Shown: positions 45,428 to 55,733 of the stretch, in pieces | Layout: each line of letters begins with the position of its first letter | How positions within the stretch are numbered: position 1 is the first letter of the stretch | NCBI GenBank assembly: GCA_045127235.1 | Contig: JBGVPY010000062.1 | Span: 992-64,991, forward strand | Direction of reading: 5' to 3' | From: Eubacteriales bacterium | Lineage (GTDB): Bacteria; Bacillota; Clostridia; Oscillospirales; CAG-272 | DNA: 64,000 nt | The notes under the pieces: generated by a model | The model's database searches: none | Seen by the model: only the letters and a program-made list of their open reading frames with translations | Told to the model about the DNA's origin: nothing | Program-made: the position numbers and the translations under genes

Positions 45428-46222
45428 TAGGTTAGAGATTCTTAAAATTCTTTCATAACAGGTATCTAAAAATTCCTTTTGAGACATCTTGCCATACTCG
45501 CCGATGCTTTGAAACACCTCAAGCATAAGCGTACCTGTATAATTATATTCATCAAGCTTTCGCATCATTTTTTCATAATCATAAGTTCCGTCAAAGGGTA
45601 AAAGGTGCAAATCAAAATCCCCAACCCTATCCTCTAATTTACGGCTGAAATTATCGTGAATATGGGTACAACAAACCTTAGTTGTGAAAATATCTAACAT
45701 TGACACCGTCTTAGTGTAGCAATGCTCATGACCGCAGTCAAAGCAGAATTTTACGTTGTCCATTTTTTCGTATCTGTCCATAAGGCAGGTAAGGTTACCA
45801 AGAAGCCTTAAATTTTCAAATGCAAGGGTAACGCCTTTTTCTCTTGCGTATAACACAAGCTCGTCAAATCTTGAAAGCCCCATGTCGTTAACCGCAGGGG
45901 GATTCCAGCCGCTGGACACGTGTGTAATAACGCAAGGAATACCGCACGCTGACGCCGTGTCAATGGACTCCTTCATGTAATCCATAACCTCTATGTATCT
46001 AATACCACTTGTCCACATCTCATTTATATTATGAAAGGGCGCGTGTATAAAATCATAGGAAAGACCAAGCACCTCTGCCTTTTCCTTTATTCTTTTAACC
46101 TCATTTAATCTATATTCACCGGTAAAAAACGCTTCAAACCCTGCCTCTTTAATTTTATCAAGGGCATCATAAGCGCTAACTCCTTCTAGGCATTCTGCAA
46201 TTATTCCAAGCTTTCTTTTCAT
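45425..46222 (-). CDS. sugar phosphate isomerase/epimerase (xylose isomerase-like TIM barrel)
   Basis: AP_endonuc_2-type pattern (FENL..., CFDCGHEH, HIHDN). Confidence 0.7.
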   Translation of the reverse strand: MKRKLGIIAECLEGVSAYDALDKIKEAGFEAFFTGEYRLNEVKRIKEKAEVLGLSYDFIHAPFHNINEMWTSGIRYIEVMDYMKESIDTASACGIPCVITHVSSGWNPPAVNDMGLSRFDELVLYAREKGVTLAFENLRLLGNLTCLMDRYEKMDNVKFCFDCGHEHCYTKTVSMLDIFTTKVCCTHIHDNFSRKLEDRVGDFDLHLLPFDGTYDYEKMMRKLDEYNYTGTLMLEVFQSIGEYGKMSQKEFLDTCYERILRISNL

Positions 46223-46354
46223 AGGACACCTCTTTAAAGTTGATAGGAATATTTTACCATATTAAGGCTGAAATTTCAATAGATATTACTTGCATTGATA
46301 CACCTTAGATGATATAATTAACTTAACAATATTATATACAGCGAGGAAATAAAA

Positions 46355-48370
46355 ATGGAAAGTAATAAGAAAGCAAAAAGAAGAAGCGAAAGCTTTTTCG
46401 GTATTCATTATGATTTTCATGCAAATCCCAATGACCCCATTCAAGGCACAACATTAAAGGAAGAAGATATCCGTGAAATTTGCAGAATGGTAAAGCCTGA
46501 CTTTATTCAAATTGACTGTAAGGGACATCGAGGCTGGACCTCGTATCCCTCAAAGCTTGGAAACTCCGTAAATAAGTTTGATAAGGACACCCTTGCTCTT
46601 TGGCGCAAGGTAACAAAGGAAGAGGGAGTGGCACTCTATATGCATTATTCGGGCATATACGATGTTAAATATTGTATGGAAAACCCCGAGCAATCCATAT
46701 ATAAAGCAGATGGCACATATTCCGATACCACCGTAAGATTAGACGGCAGATACGCCGATGACCTTTTAATCCCTCAAATGCTTGAGCTTATTGAGGACTA
46801 TGAGGTTGACGGAATTTGGATTGATGGAGACTGTTGGATGGGCATTTGCGATTTCCGCCCCGAAACAATAGCTAATTTTGAAAAGGAAACAGGCATAAGC
46901 TTAAATGGCGAAATTCCATCAAGCCCTGAGCACAAATATTATCAAGAATACAGAGAATATTCAAGAGAGCTTTTCCGTAGATACTTAAACCATTATGTTG
47001 ATACAGTACACGCAAAGCACCCAAATTTTCAAATCGCATCCAACTGGGCGTTTAGCGACCATATGCCCGAAAGAGTGTGCGCAAATGTAGATTTTCTATC
47101 AGGCGACTTAAATCCAAATGATAGCTTTAACTCCGCAAGATACGCCGCAAGAGCGCTTGCTCAACAGGAAATGCCTTGGGACTTAATGTCTTGGAATTTT
47201 AGAAATAATCTTGGCGGTAAAAACAATTACGTTCCAAAGCACCCCAACCAAATTATGCAAGAGGCAGCATCTGTAATCGCGGTAGGCGGAGCATATCAGG
47301 ACTATATTCCGCAGTACAGAGACGGCTCTCCTAATATGATTGAAACAAAAAACCTTGAGGGAGTGTCTGAATTTGTAAGAAATCGAAAGGATTTTTGCTT
47401 CCGCGGCAAGATAATTCATCAAGCTGCATTGCTTCTTTCAACTTACGATAGATATAGAGAGTCCACGCATCTATTTTCAAGAACAGGCTTTGAAAGAGTG
47501 ATGGGTGCATGCGCCCTTCTTTGCGATATCGGTCAGTCTCTTGAAATCGTTTGCGAGCATACTCTTAAAAAGTACATAAATGAATATAAAATGATAGTTA
47601 TTCCCGAGCTTTATGAGGGTCTTTCCAATGATACTATAAAGCTTCTTTATGATTATGCAAAAAACGGTGGCAAATTAGTTTTAATGGGCAAAAACACTTG
47701 CAAGATTTTCGCAGAGACCGAAAACGCTCCGTTTACAGTAACCGACATTAGCGAATTTATTGAGGACAAGGAAAAGGAAACCTTAAATGGACATGGCTCA
47801 TTCTCTAAAAAGTATAAGCCATACCTATTTAATATTGATAATACCGAATACGGCGCACTCTTTTCCCCTTGCCAAATCAATGCACAAGGTAGCATTGAAG
47901 CATATGTAACCGAAAGAAACACCACCTTTAAAGCGCCCCTTTCAGTAACCACCGACTTCGGTAAAGGCACAATTACCCTTATCGGCTTTGATATGGGTAG
48001 CCAATATTTAAAGGGCACACAGTATATGCACAGAAAGCTTATGAAGCAAATCGCAAGTAAGCTTTACGAGCCAATAGTGCGCATTGAAAATGTATGTGGC
48101 AGACTTGAAATTGTAGCACTTAACAAGGATAATAAGCTTATGGTTCAGCTTGTTAACTCAAACGGTAGCCATGCAAACAACAACACCGCCACCGATGATT
48201 TAATCCCACCTGTATTAGATATCAAGCTCTCAATCCTCTTGGAAAACCAACCCAAAAAGCTTATTTTACAGCCACAGGGCAAGGAATTATCCTTTGAATA
48301 CAAAAATTCACGCGCATATGTAGACATTGACCGCTTAGACATTCATAGTGTAATAGAGGTAGTTAAATAA
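46355..48370 (+). CDS. putative glycoside hydrolase-like TIM-barrel protein (GHL6-like)
   Basis: FFGIHYDFHA ... PDFIQIDCKGHRGWTSYPSKLGN ... VDGIWIDGDCW. The family assignment is tentative. Confidence 0.45.
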   Translation: MESNKKAKRRSESFFGIHYDFHANPNDPIQGTTLKEEDIREICRMVKPDFIQIDCKGHRGWTSYPSKLGNSVNKFDKDTLALWRKVTKEEGVALYMHYSGIYDVKYCMENPEQSIYKADGTYSDTTVRLDGRYADDLLIPQMLELIEDYEVDGIWIDGDCWMGICDFRPETIANFEKETGISLNGEIPSSPEHKYYQEYREYSRELFRRYLNHYVDTVHAKHPNFQIASNWAFSDHMPERVCANVDFLSGDLNPNDSFNSARYAARALAQQEMPWDLMSWNFRNNLGGKNNYVPKHPNQIMQEAASVIAVGGAYQDYIPQYRDGSPNMIETKNLEGVSEFVRNRKDFCFRGKIIHQAALLLSTYDRYRESTHLFSRTGFERVMGACALLCDIGQSLEIVCEHTLKKYINEYKMIVIPELYEGLSNDTIKLLYDYAKNGGKLVLMGKNTCKIFAETENAPFTVTDISEFIEDKEKETLNGHGSFSKKYKPYLFNIDNTEYGALFSPCQINAQGSIEAYVTERNTTFKAPLSVTTDFGKGTITLIGFDMGSQYLKGTQYMHRKLMKQIASKLYEPIVRIENVCGRLEIVALNKDNKLMVQLVNSNGSHANNNTATDDLIPPVLDIKLSILLENQPKKLILQPQGKELSFEYKNSRAYVDIDRLDIHSVIEVVK

Positions 48371-48371
48371 A

Positions 48372-49817
48372 ATGCAAAACCTAAAAACAAAAATCGCAAA
48401 AGCAACTCCATTTGAAGGTGCTCCAAAAATAAATATGCCGTCTATTATCGGCGCTTCAAGCAAAAAGCCTATTCTTTTTAGAGTAGCCACCACGGGCAAA
48501 CGCCCAATTAAGTATAGCGCAAAAAATTTGCCCAATGGCGTTACGCTAAATGGCAACATTTTAAGTGGCACAGTTGACACCGACGGTAATTATGAGTTTA
48601 TTCTTATTGCTGAAAATGAAATAGGCAAGTGCGAAAAGAAAATCGCACTTGAAATAAAAGACCAAAATATGTTGGTAACCCCACTTTTAGGCTTTACAAC
48701 ATGGAACGCATTTGAGTCTGCGGTTACACAAAATGATGTGGAAAATACCGCACAGCTTCTAGTTGATTTAGGAATTTCTGAATACGGCTATTCCTATGTA
48801 AATACCGACTCTGGATGGCAATATAAATACGGCGGAAAATACGATGCAGTTATGCCAAATCCAAAGTTCCCTGATATGAAGAAAATGACGGATAAAATAC
48901 ACTCCCTTGGACTAAAATGCGGAATTTACTCCACACCAATGCTCACCGCATGGGGATGCCCTGATGAATACGAATCTATCCCGGGATGCACACAGGGTGA
49001 GCCCGATTACCGCTTTTCACTCTTAAATGGTGGCATCGGCACTGTTCACAAGGAACGAAATAATGCACTCCAATGGAACGAATGGGGATTTGACTATTTA
49101 AAGTACGATTGGGCGCCTACCGATACAGTTAATGCCGACTTAATGCGTAAGGAATTAGTGCAGTTAGACCGTGATTTTGGCTTCTGTGTAACAGTAAATG
49201 CAATTAAGGAATACGGAAGCTACTATTCTAAATACTGTAACTCCTACCGTTCAAATCCTGACACACTCGGCAACTTTGATAACCTTGTAGCAATTTACGA
49301 AACATACTACAATTTTATTGACTATCTGTGCAAGGGACATTACTTTGACCTTGATATGCTTGACATTGGCACATGTAGGCTTCGTACACATTGGAATTCA
49401 TTAACTGATGATGAAAAAATCATAGAATTTTCAATGCGCGCATTCTTAAATTCCCCAATTCAAATAAGCTCTCAGCTTGATAAAGCAACTGATTTTGAGC
49501 TTTCTATATATTGTAATGAGGAAATAATAGCAGTTAACCAAGATTGCGCCTTTAATACCGCAAGACCAATTGTTAGAATTAAGGAAGAAAACCGCTACCT
49601 TGACATTCTTGAAAAGCAGCTTGAGGACGGAAGCTACGCCTATGCTATATTTAATCTTGGTCAAATCAATGAGAATATCGAAATCACAACCGAAAACAGC
49701 ATAATCCGAGACCTTTGGGCAAAGGAAGATATTTCAAATATCAATAAAACATCTATTATAGTCCACCCACATACCACAAAAATTTTAAAGATAACCAACA
49801 AAGCTTCATTTAACTAA
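48372..49817 (+). CDS. GH27-type alpha-galactosidase with an N-terminal Ig-like domain
   Basis: PLLGFTTWNAFES, YVNTDSGWQ, FDYLKYDW. SD GAGGTAG upstream. Confidence 0.7.
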   Translation: MQNLKTKIAKATPFEGAPKINMPSIIGASSKKPILFRVATTGKRPIKYSAKNLPNGVTLNGNILSGTVDTDGNYEFILIAENEIGKCEKKIALEIKDQNMLVTPLLGFTTWNAFESAVTQNDVENTAQLLVDLGISEYGYSYVNTDSGWQYKYGGKYDAVMPNPKFPDMKKMTDKIHSLGLKCGIYSTPMLTAWGCPDEYESIPGCTQGEPDYRFSLLNGGIGTVHKERNNALQWNEWGFDYLKYDWAPTDTVNADLMRKELVQLDRDFGFCVTVNAIKEYGSYYSKYCNSYRSNPDTLGNFDNLVAIYETYYNFIDYLCKGHYFDLDMLDIGTCRLRTHWNSLTDDEKIIEFSMRAFLNSPIQISSQLDKATDFELSIYCNEEIIAVNQDCAFNTARPIVRIKEENRYLDILEKQLEDGSYAYAIFNLGQINENIEITTENSIIRDLWAKEDISNINKTSIIVHPHTTKILKITNKASFN

Positions 49818-49824
49818 AAATGAA

Positions 49825-49855
49825 AAGGCTTGCTCAAAACGAGCAAGCCTTTTAT
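49825..49855. terminator. bidirectional terminator
   Basis: aaggcttgctc aaaac gagcaagcctt followed by tt. Confidence 0.7.
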
Positions 49856-49866
49856 GTTAAATCAAA

Positions 49867-50223
49867 TCAATCATCTGGGTCGCCGGAAAACAAAAGCTTT
49901 ATGTTGCGAATTGGATGCACAACAGCATGCTTAACAATATGTAATGGAGCATAAAGGATAGAATCCCACATATCTCCAAAATCATAATAGTCATCATATT
50001 TTGTTAGAAAATTAAATAACCAACCAACAAACATAACAACGCCTGAAGCAATATAACCCAAAACAGCAATAATTGGTACAAAAATAAAACCGTTCATAAA
50101 ATCATCGCCATCGCCAAAAAGCATGTTATAAATTCCAAATATTAACATGCCGTATATGGCAAATGTTGCGACAAATTCAAAAGCCCAAACCAAAGTTCTT
50201 GGCACAATTCTTAATCTTTGCAT
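49867..50223 (-). CDS. hypothetical membrane protein
   Basis: Three hydrophobic helices. No family recognised. Confidence 0.45.
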   Translation of the reverse strand: MQRLRIVPRTLVWAFEFVATFAIYGMLIFGIYNMLFGDGDDFMNGFIFVPIIAVLGYIASGVVMFVGWLFNFLTKYDDYYDFGDMWDSILYAPLHIVKHAVVHPIRNIKLLFSGDPDD

Positions 50224-50422
50224 AAACTCTCCTTAAAACAAAAAATCCTTACTTAACTAGTAAAGTTCAAGTAAATTCTATCATTCAGTACTGCAAATGT
50301 CAATAGAAAATTGAAATTATATGACAAATTATTTAATATATTTAAAAGCTGTTTTTATTGCAAAAAAAAATAAAGTATGGTAAAATATACTAAACCATTA
50401 TCAAAATTATTAAGGAGCTATT

Positions 50423-51484
50423 ATGAATACAGAATTTCCAAAGGTAAAGCATAAGGTAATAGATTCTCATTTGCACTTTTATGACTCTCAAAGCGAGGAC
50501 GGGGAATACTTTTTCCATTGCTTTGAGGATTATAGAAATGAAATGGGACTTGCAGGCATTAACCTATGCGCGCTTCCATCAGGCTACGGTTGCGATGTAA
50601 CAAGTAACATTATGTGCGCTGTATATAAAATGATAAATAAGGACACCTTTGCTCACGCAGGGCTTTTATACGATAAATACCCAATGAGCGACACATTACC
50701 CCCTGAAATGAGCTTTAAGACTCAGCTTGATGAGCTAGAAGAAATCGGCTTTGACGGAATAAAGCTAATTGAGGGCAAGCCAACAATGCACAGAACAATT
50801 GGCAAAAACCTCTTGAATTCTGCTTTTGAGGAATTTTTTAGCGAAGCCGAAAAAAGAGGAACGCATATTATTTTCCATGCAACCGACCCGATTGAATTTT
50901 GGACACAAGAGGGCTTAGACTATTACGGAGATAACACCTTCGCAACACACGAGGAAATTTATAGACAGGTATATAAAATTCTTGAAAGCCACCCTAATTT
51001 AAAGATTACATTCGCTCACTTCTTTTTTAAGTCCGAAACGCCCGAGGACTTAATTGAGCTTTTTGAAAAATATCCCAATGTGTGTGTGGATTTAACTCCG
51101 GGATGGGAAATGTATCTCTCATTTTATAAGGATAAAGCATACTTTAAGGACTTCTTTACAAAGTATTCAAAGCGCATCGTTTTAGGCACAGATGCATACT
51201 TTCCAAGACCAACCGAGTGCAGCATGTGGCTTGTTGATAGAGTATATCGCTTCATTTCAAGCCCCGATGTTATAAAGGCAGTTGCAGACCGCTATGAGTC
51301 AGGACTTTGTATCCCCGATGAAGCAATTAACGATATTACTTATCGCAATTTTGAAAGAAGAGTTAGTGAGCATCCAAAAACAATAAACAAGCAAGCATTA
51401 ATAGCGTACTACGAAAAATACAAATATAAAATGACCGAAAAGGATATCGCTTTAATAGATTACACATTTTCTAAATACCTATAA
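50423..51484 (+). CDS. amidohydrolase-family protein
   Basis: VIDSHLHFYD start. TIM-barrel metal hydrolase pattern. Confidence 0.6.
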   Translation: MNTEFPKVKHKVIDSHLHFYDSQSEDGEYFFHCFEDYRNEMGLAGINLCALPSGYGCDVTSNIMCAVYKMINKDTFAHAGLLYDKYPMSDTLPPEMSFKTQLDELEEIGFDGIKLIEGKPTMHRTIGKNLLNSAFEEFFSEAEKRGTHIIFHATDPIEFWTQEGLDYYGDNTFATHEEIYRQVYKILESHPNLKITFAHFFFKSETPEDLIELFEKYPNVCVDLTPGWEMYLSFYKDKAYFKDFFTKYSKRIVLGTDAYFPRPTECSMWLVDRVYRFISSPDVIKAVADRYESGLCIPDEAINDITYRNFERRVSEHPKTINKQALIAYYEKYKYKMTEKDIALIDYTFSKYL

Positions 51485-51510
51485 AGAGATATGATAGCAA
51501 TTAATAACTA

Positions 51511-51552
51511 AATAAGGCTGTTGCAAAATTATTAGCAACAGCCTTATTATAT
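51511..51552. terminator. hairpin terminator
   Basis: aataaggctgttgc ... gcaacagccttatt. Confidence 0.5.
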
Positions 51553-51620
51553 TCAACTTTAAGAGCCGAGCGTGTGAAATTTGCAGCTCACAACCACTTA
51601 AATTAAGAAAAAGTCCATCT

Positions 51621-53954
51621 TTAATCTAAAACTATACGGGAAGGCGCACGCCATACCGTAATTTTAGATGAAAGAAATTCGCTCTTTGAAATTCCCTCAA
51701 GGTCAGAAAGAGAGTTTACTTCTTTATCGTTAATGCCAACGATTACATCACAAGGCAAAATACCCTTTGACGATGCTTTTGCAAATTGGTCGACATCGCA
51801 TACAAGCACACCATTATGTCCTGCCGTTGCGTAAGCCGACATTTCGCCATCAGTTTCAATATTTTTTAGCTTCATATCAAATAGAGTAATGATATTAGAC
51901 TTACTCTTTTTCTGACTTTGATTAATTTTTGGTAAAACAGGAGTTCTTGCAAGCTTTTTAAGTGGCTCGTATCTTACGCCAAACTCACAAGGGAAGTTTT
52001 CAAAGCCATCAATTTTTGGAGAAATCACTCTATAATCGCCACGCCTTGCATCCTTGAAAACACATTTTGTTTTTATAGAATTTTTATCCATGCCCGTGAT
52101 TTTGTGTAGCTCAGGAGCTTTTTTTATACCCCTTGTATTTTTAGAATGTAACACATTGAAATCAATGCTTTTTCCGTAGCCATGGTCCATTAAAATCGGC
52201 TGATATTCTGTGAAAATAATGTTATTTTTAACCACATCCCCGCTGTTTTCATACCATACATGCATATGCACGGAGTTGTTTACCGTTATGTTATTATGAA
52301 CATATCGGTTAAAGCCCTCACGAAGCTTTATACCGCCATTTAAGCATAAATTATTGTATATTTCATAATATGATGAGCCATCATCAAGGTCAATGTCCCA
52401 ACCTCTGTCGCAACGGAATCTGCTATTTCTTATTATAGTCTTATCCAAGCAGTCAAGCTTTACATACTTGAAAATTTCACGGTCTGAAATGTCGTATAAA
52501 TGCCAATATCTATCACGCCCCCAAGAGTTAAAGCTACCATGGTCGCCCGTTTCCTTAACCGTGTCAAATATGTCGCATCCATCAATTAAATGACCGCCAA
52601 ATGTACCCTCGGAAATATTTATTCCAGCACGGGATGCATCATAAATGCTTGTGTTTATTACACTTATGCCGTAGGACATTGAAATTTCAACGCCTGTCGC
52701 TTGCTTTTCAAGTGTGCCAACATGCTCAATTAAGCAATTTTCAACAGTACATTTTTTGGGATATTCATTACTCTTAGGCCCTCTTTTTTTATCAATATCA
52801 AGAAAGCTTTGACTATGTGTTGCATCAAAAAGCGGACTTCTTACGGAGCTTGGCTTGCCTACAAAGCAAATAGCACTTGCGCCAATATCCTTAAAATGGC
52901 ATTTTGAAACAGTAATATTGCTGTTTTTACCATCAACAAAAATGCCGTTTGTACCAACATCAAAAAATGAGCATTCCAAAATAGAGCAGCTACTTGAATT
53001 TGTAAAATATATCGCACCGCCTCTGTAAATTGCCCAGTCGCTTCGTAAAAGTGGCTCGTATTTAAGCATAAATGTTCTTTTCGCGCGTCTTATTTTAATA
53101 TTTTCAACGCTTACATTTTTACATCCCTTAAATACGAAAAAGCTTGAATTTACACAAATCTCAGCAGTATCTAAGCTGTGTCCTTCCTTTAAAATTACAT
53201 AAACACGCTTATTTTCCTTGTCAAAATACCATTCCCCCGGCTCTGTCATTTCCTCGCGCACATTTTCAATGTACTTAAAGTCGGAGTGCATACCCATTTG
53301 CCTGTTATTTTGCCATCCGCCGATGTAGGTAAGATTGCCGTTTTTATCCTTACCCGTTACCTCGTAGGAATAACCGCCCCAATTATGTAAATGCATTGCA
53401 TGAATGTAAGCGCCTTTTGGATTTTTCCATTCATCCGCCTTTGATTTTGATAAAACATCTCTTGAAAAGCCACCGAAAATCTTTACATTAGGATTGTATT
53501 TAGGGAAACGCGCCATTTGGTATTTTTCGCCGTTAATATAAAGGGCATCAGCATCATATTCCGTGCTTGCAGAAAATACTCCGTTTCCCTCATCTACCCA
53601 GCTATCAACCTTTACACATCCTTGTATAACGGTGTTTTTTTCTCCGCGAATTACAATGCTTTCCCCTTTAACCTTAATCGCATCAGTTAAATTGTAAACA
53701 CCATTCTTTAATGAAATAATCGCTTTTTCATTTTCCTTATAACAAACAAAGCCAATATTTTTCTTACTCTTAATTAGCTTTGAAAGTTTTGCATAAGAAA
53801 GCTTTTTAAAATATTCCTCTCGCTTTTTTGCCTCGATTTTATTATTAAAAGCCTCAAAGTAGCAAAGACCCTCAGGAAGATTTTTACAAAGAAGCTCAGA
53901 GCATACTCCAAAGCCGTATTTTTCCTCATTTTGTGTTAAATAAGTATAAAACAT
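51621..53954 (-). CDS. right-handed beta-helix (pectate-lyase fold) protein with a degenerate GIY-YIG/YhbQ-like N-terminus and a PDZ-like C-terminus
   Basis: Multiple parallel beta-helix repeat signatures (NxxIxxC.F.D.G..GI). N-terminus FYTYL..EKYGFG...EAKKREEYFKKLSYAKLSKLI. C-terminus GVLVCDVD...GILPCDVIVGINDKEV. ATG 53954 after GAGGTGG. Confidence 0.6.
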   Translation of the reverse strand: MFYTYLTQNEEKYGFGVCSELLCKNLPEGLCYFEAFNNKIEAKKREEYFKKLSYAKLSKLIKSKKNIGFVCYKENEKAIISLKNGVYNLTDAIKVKGESIVIRGEKNTVIQGCVKVDSWVDEGNGVFSASTEYDADALYINGEKYQMARFPKYNPNVKIFGGFSRDVLSKSKADEWKNPKGAYIHAMHLHNWGGYSYEVTGKDKNGNLTYIGGWQNNRQMGMHSDFKYIENVREEMTEPGEWYFDKENKRVYVILKEGHSLDTAEICVNSSFFVFKGCKNVSVENIKIRRAKRTFMLKYEPLLRSDWAIYRGGAIYFTNSSSCSILECSFFDVGTNGIFVDGKNSNITVSKCHFKDIGASAICFVGKPSSVRSPLFDATHSQSFLDIDKKRGPKSNEYPKKCTVENCLIEHVGTLEKQATGVEISMSYGISVINTSIYDASRAGINISEGTFGGHLIDGCDIFDTVKETGDHGSFNSWGRDRYWHLYDISDREIFKYVKLDCLDKTIIRNSRFRCDRGWDIDLDDGSSYYEIYNNLCLNGGIKLREGFNRYVHNNITVNNSVHMHVWYENSGDVVKNNIIFTEYQPILMDHGYGKSIDFNVLHSKNTRGIKKAPELHKITGMDKNSIKTKCVFKDARRGDYRVISPKIDGFENFPCEFGVRYEPLKKLARTPVLPKINQSQKKSKSNIITLFDMKLKNIETDGEMSAYATAGHNGVLVCDVDQFAKASSKGILPCDVIVGINDKEVNSLSDLEGISKSEFLSSKITVWRAPSRIVLD

Positions 53955-54116
53955 AATCCACCTCAAAACCGTTTTTCTTAATTATATCGCGAAAAAGAAA
54001 TAAAGTCAATTGCACAACGCAAAAATAAGGTTTTAATATCACTTTTTCGACCAATGATATTTGACATATAGTATTTTTCGTGCTATAATCAATTAAGAAT
54101 TTAGCGAGGTGTTGCT

Positions 54117-55670
54117 ATGAACAGAAAACTTTTAAGAGATAAAATATTAGGTTGCTTTAACGGCAAAAATGTAGGCGGAACTCTTGGCGCTCCCCTTGAA
54201 GGCAAAAACGGATTTTTTGATATTGAGTATTTTATCCAACCTAATATTGAAAATAATCCAATGCCAAACGATGACCTTGATTTACAAATTTCATCTTTAA
54301 ATGCAGTAAGAAGATTTGGAAGAAATGTAAATTCGGAAATTTTAGCGGAATATTTTAATATTTTTGTTAATCCAAGCTGGGCAGAATACGGCTTTGGTAA
54401 ATCAAATTTAAGAAGAGGTATCCCAACACCAATTTCAGGCTACCACGCTAATGCATATAAGGATAGCTGCGGCTCATTTATCCGCAGTGAAATTTGGGCA
54501 TGCCTTTGCCCGGGACACCCCGACCTTGCAACTCGATATGCTTATTTTGATTCCTCAATCGACCATGCAGATGAGGGAAACTATGGCGAGGTATTTTGGG
54601 CAGCTATGCAAAGCGCCGCTTTTGTGGAAAGTGATATTAAAAAATTAATCGATATCGGTCTTAGCTATATTCCAAAGGAAAGCGCACTTTATAAGGGCAT
54701 TACCCTTGTTGTCGAATGTTACGAAAAGGGAAAAACCTACGAAGAAACAAGAGATACCATTTTTAGAGAAGTAGCAGGTGCTTTTTCCTATCAACACACA
54801 AAGCTAAAGGACATCACTCTTACAGAGTATAACCCTGCCAAAGCGGGTTTTGATGCTCCCCAAAATATAGCAATCGCTATTATGGGCATGCTCTATGGAG
54901 AGGGCGACTTTGGCAAAAGCATGCTCCTTGCCGTAAACTGTGGCGAGGATGCCGATTGCACGGCGGGAAGCTTAGCAGCAACTCTTGGTATTATTCTTGG
55001 AAATTCTAACCTACCCGAAAAATGGATAAAGCCTATTAACGATGTAATCGTTACCGCAACTCTTAACACCTTGGATTACACTATGACAATGAATACACCG
55101 TTTTTCTTGCCTAAATCCACACAGGAGTTAGCAGATGAAATTATTCGTTGTATTCCTAAAATGCTAACCGCTGATGCATACGATATAACCGATAAGGGTC
55201 TAGAAGTATTCCCAAGAGAAGATTTTTACTGTAAGGACACAGAGGAAATTTATTATAAAGGCGCATTCGGAAACAGAGCAAAAGAGAATTTTAATACAAC
55301 CGAGCTTTTAAACCTACCCCATTATTCTATATTCAAGGAATTTTCTCTTTTCAAAATTCAAGCAATTTATGAAAACGATTTCTTTTTTGAAAACGGAAAG
55401 GAAACCTCTGTTAAATTAAAAATTTACGATAACGGAGAATCAAAAATTCAGCATTGGCTCACTATTCGCGCTTATACAGTAGACGGTGTAGAAATAAAAG
55501 AAAAGGTTACCACAGCATCATTAAGTAATTGCAACGGCGATATAACAGAAAAAACCTTTCACATCCTACCAACGAATATTGAAAACGACAAATTTGACAT
55601 TATTTTTGACATCTCAATGGAAGGTCAAGCAAGTATGAACTTATTTAAAGTAAGCTTTTTTGCAAAATAA
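54117..55670 (+). CDS. ADP-ribosylglycohydrolase (ARH) fold protein with a C-terminal beta-rich domain
   Basis: ILGCFNGKNVGGTLGAPLEG, NDDLDLQ, CGEDADCTAGSLAATLG. Confidence 0.75.
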   Translation: MNRKLLRDKILGCFNGKNVGGTLGAPLEGKNGFFDIEYFIQPNIENNPMPNDDLDLQISSLNAVRRFGRNVNSEILAEYFNIFVNPSWAEYGFGKSNLRRGIPTPISGYHANAYKDSCGSFIRSEIWACLCPGHPDLATRYAYFDSSIDHADEGNYGEVFWAAMQSAAFVESDIKKLIDIGLSYIPKESALYKGITLVVECYEKGKTYEETRDTIFREVAGAFSYQHTKLKDITLTEYNPAKAGFDAPQNIAIAIMGMLYGEGDFGKSMLLAVNCGEDADCTAGSLAATLGIILGNSNLPEKWIKPINDVIVTATLNTLDYTMTMNTPFFLPKSTQELADEIIRCIPKMLTADAYDITDKGLEVFPREDFYCKDTEEIYYKGAFGNRAKENFNTTELLNLPHYSIFKEFSLFKIQAIYENDFFFENGKETSVKLKIYDNGESKIQHWLTIRAYTVDGVEIKEKVTTASLSNCNGDITEKTFHILPTNIENDKFDIIFDISMEGQASMNLFKVSFFAK

Positions 55671-55733
55671 AATGCTCCATAACCCCCAAATACTACTTGA
55701 TTTGAGCATTAAAAAACAGATTGGAGAACAAAT

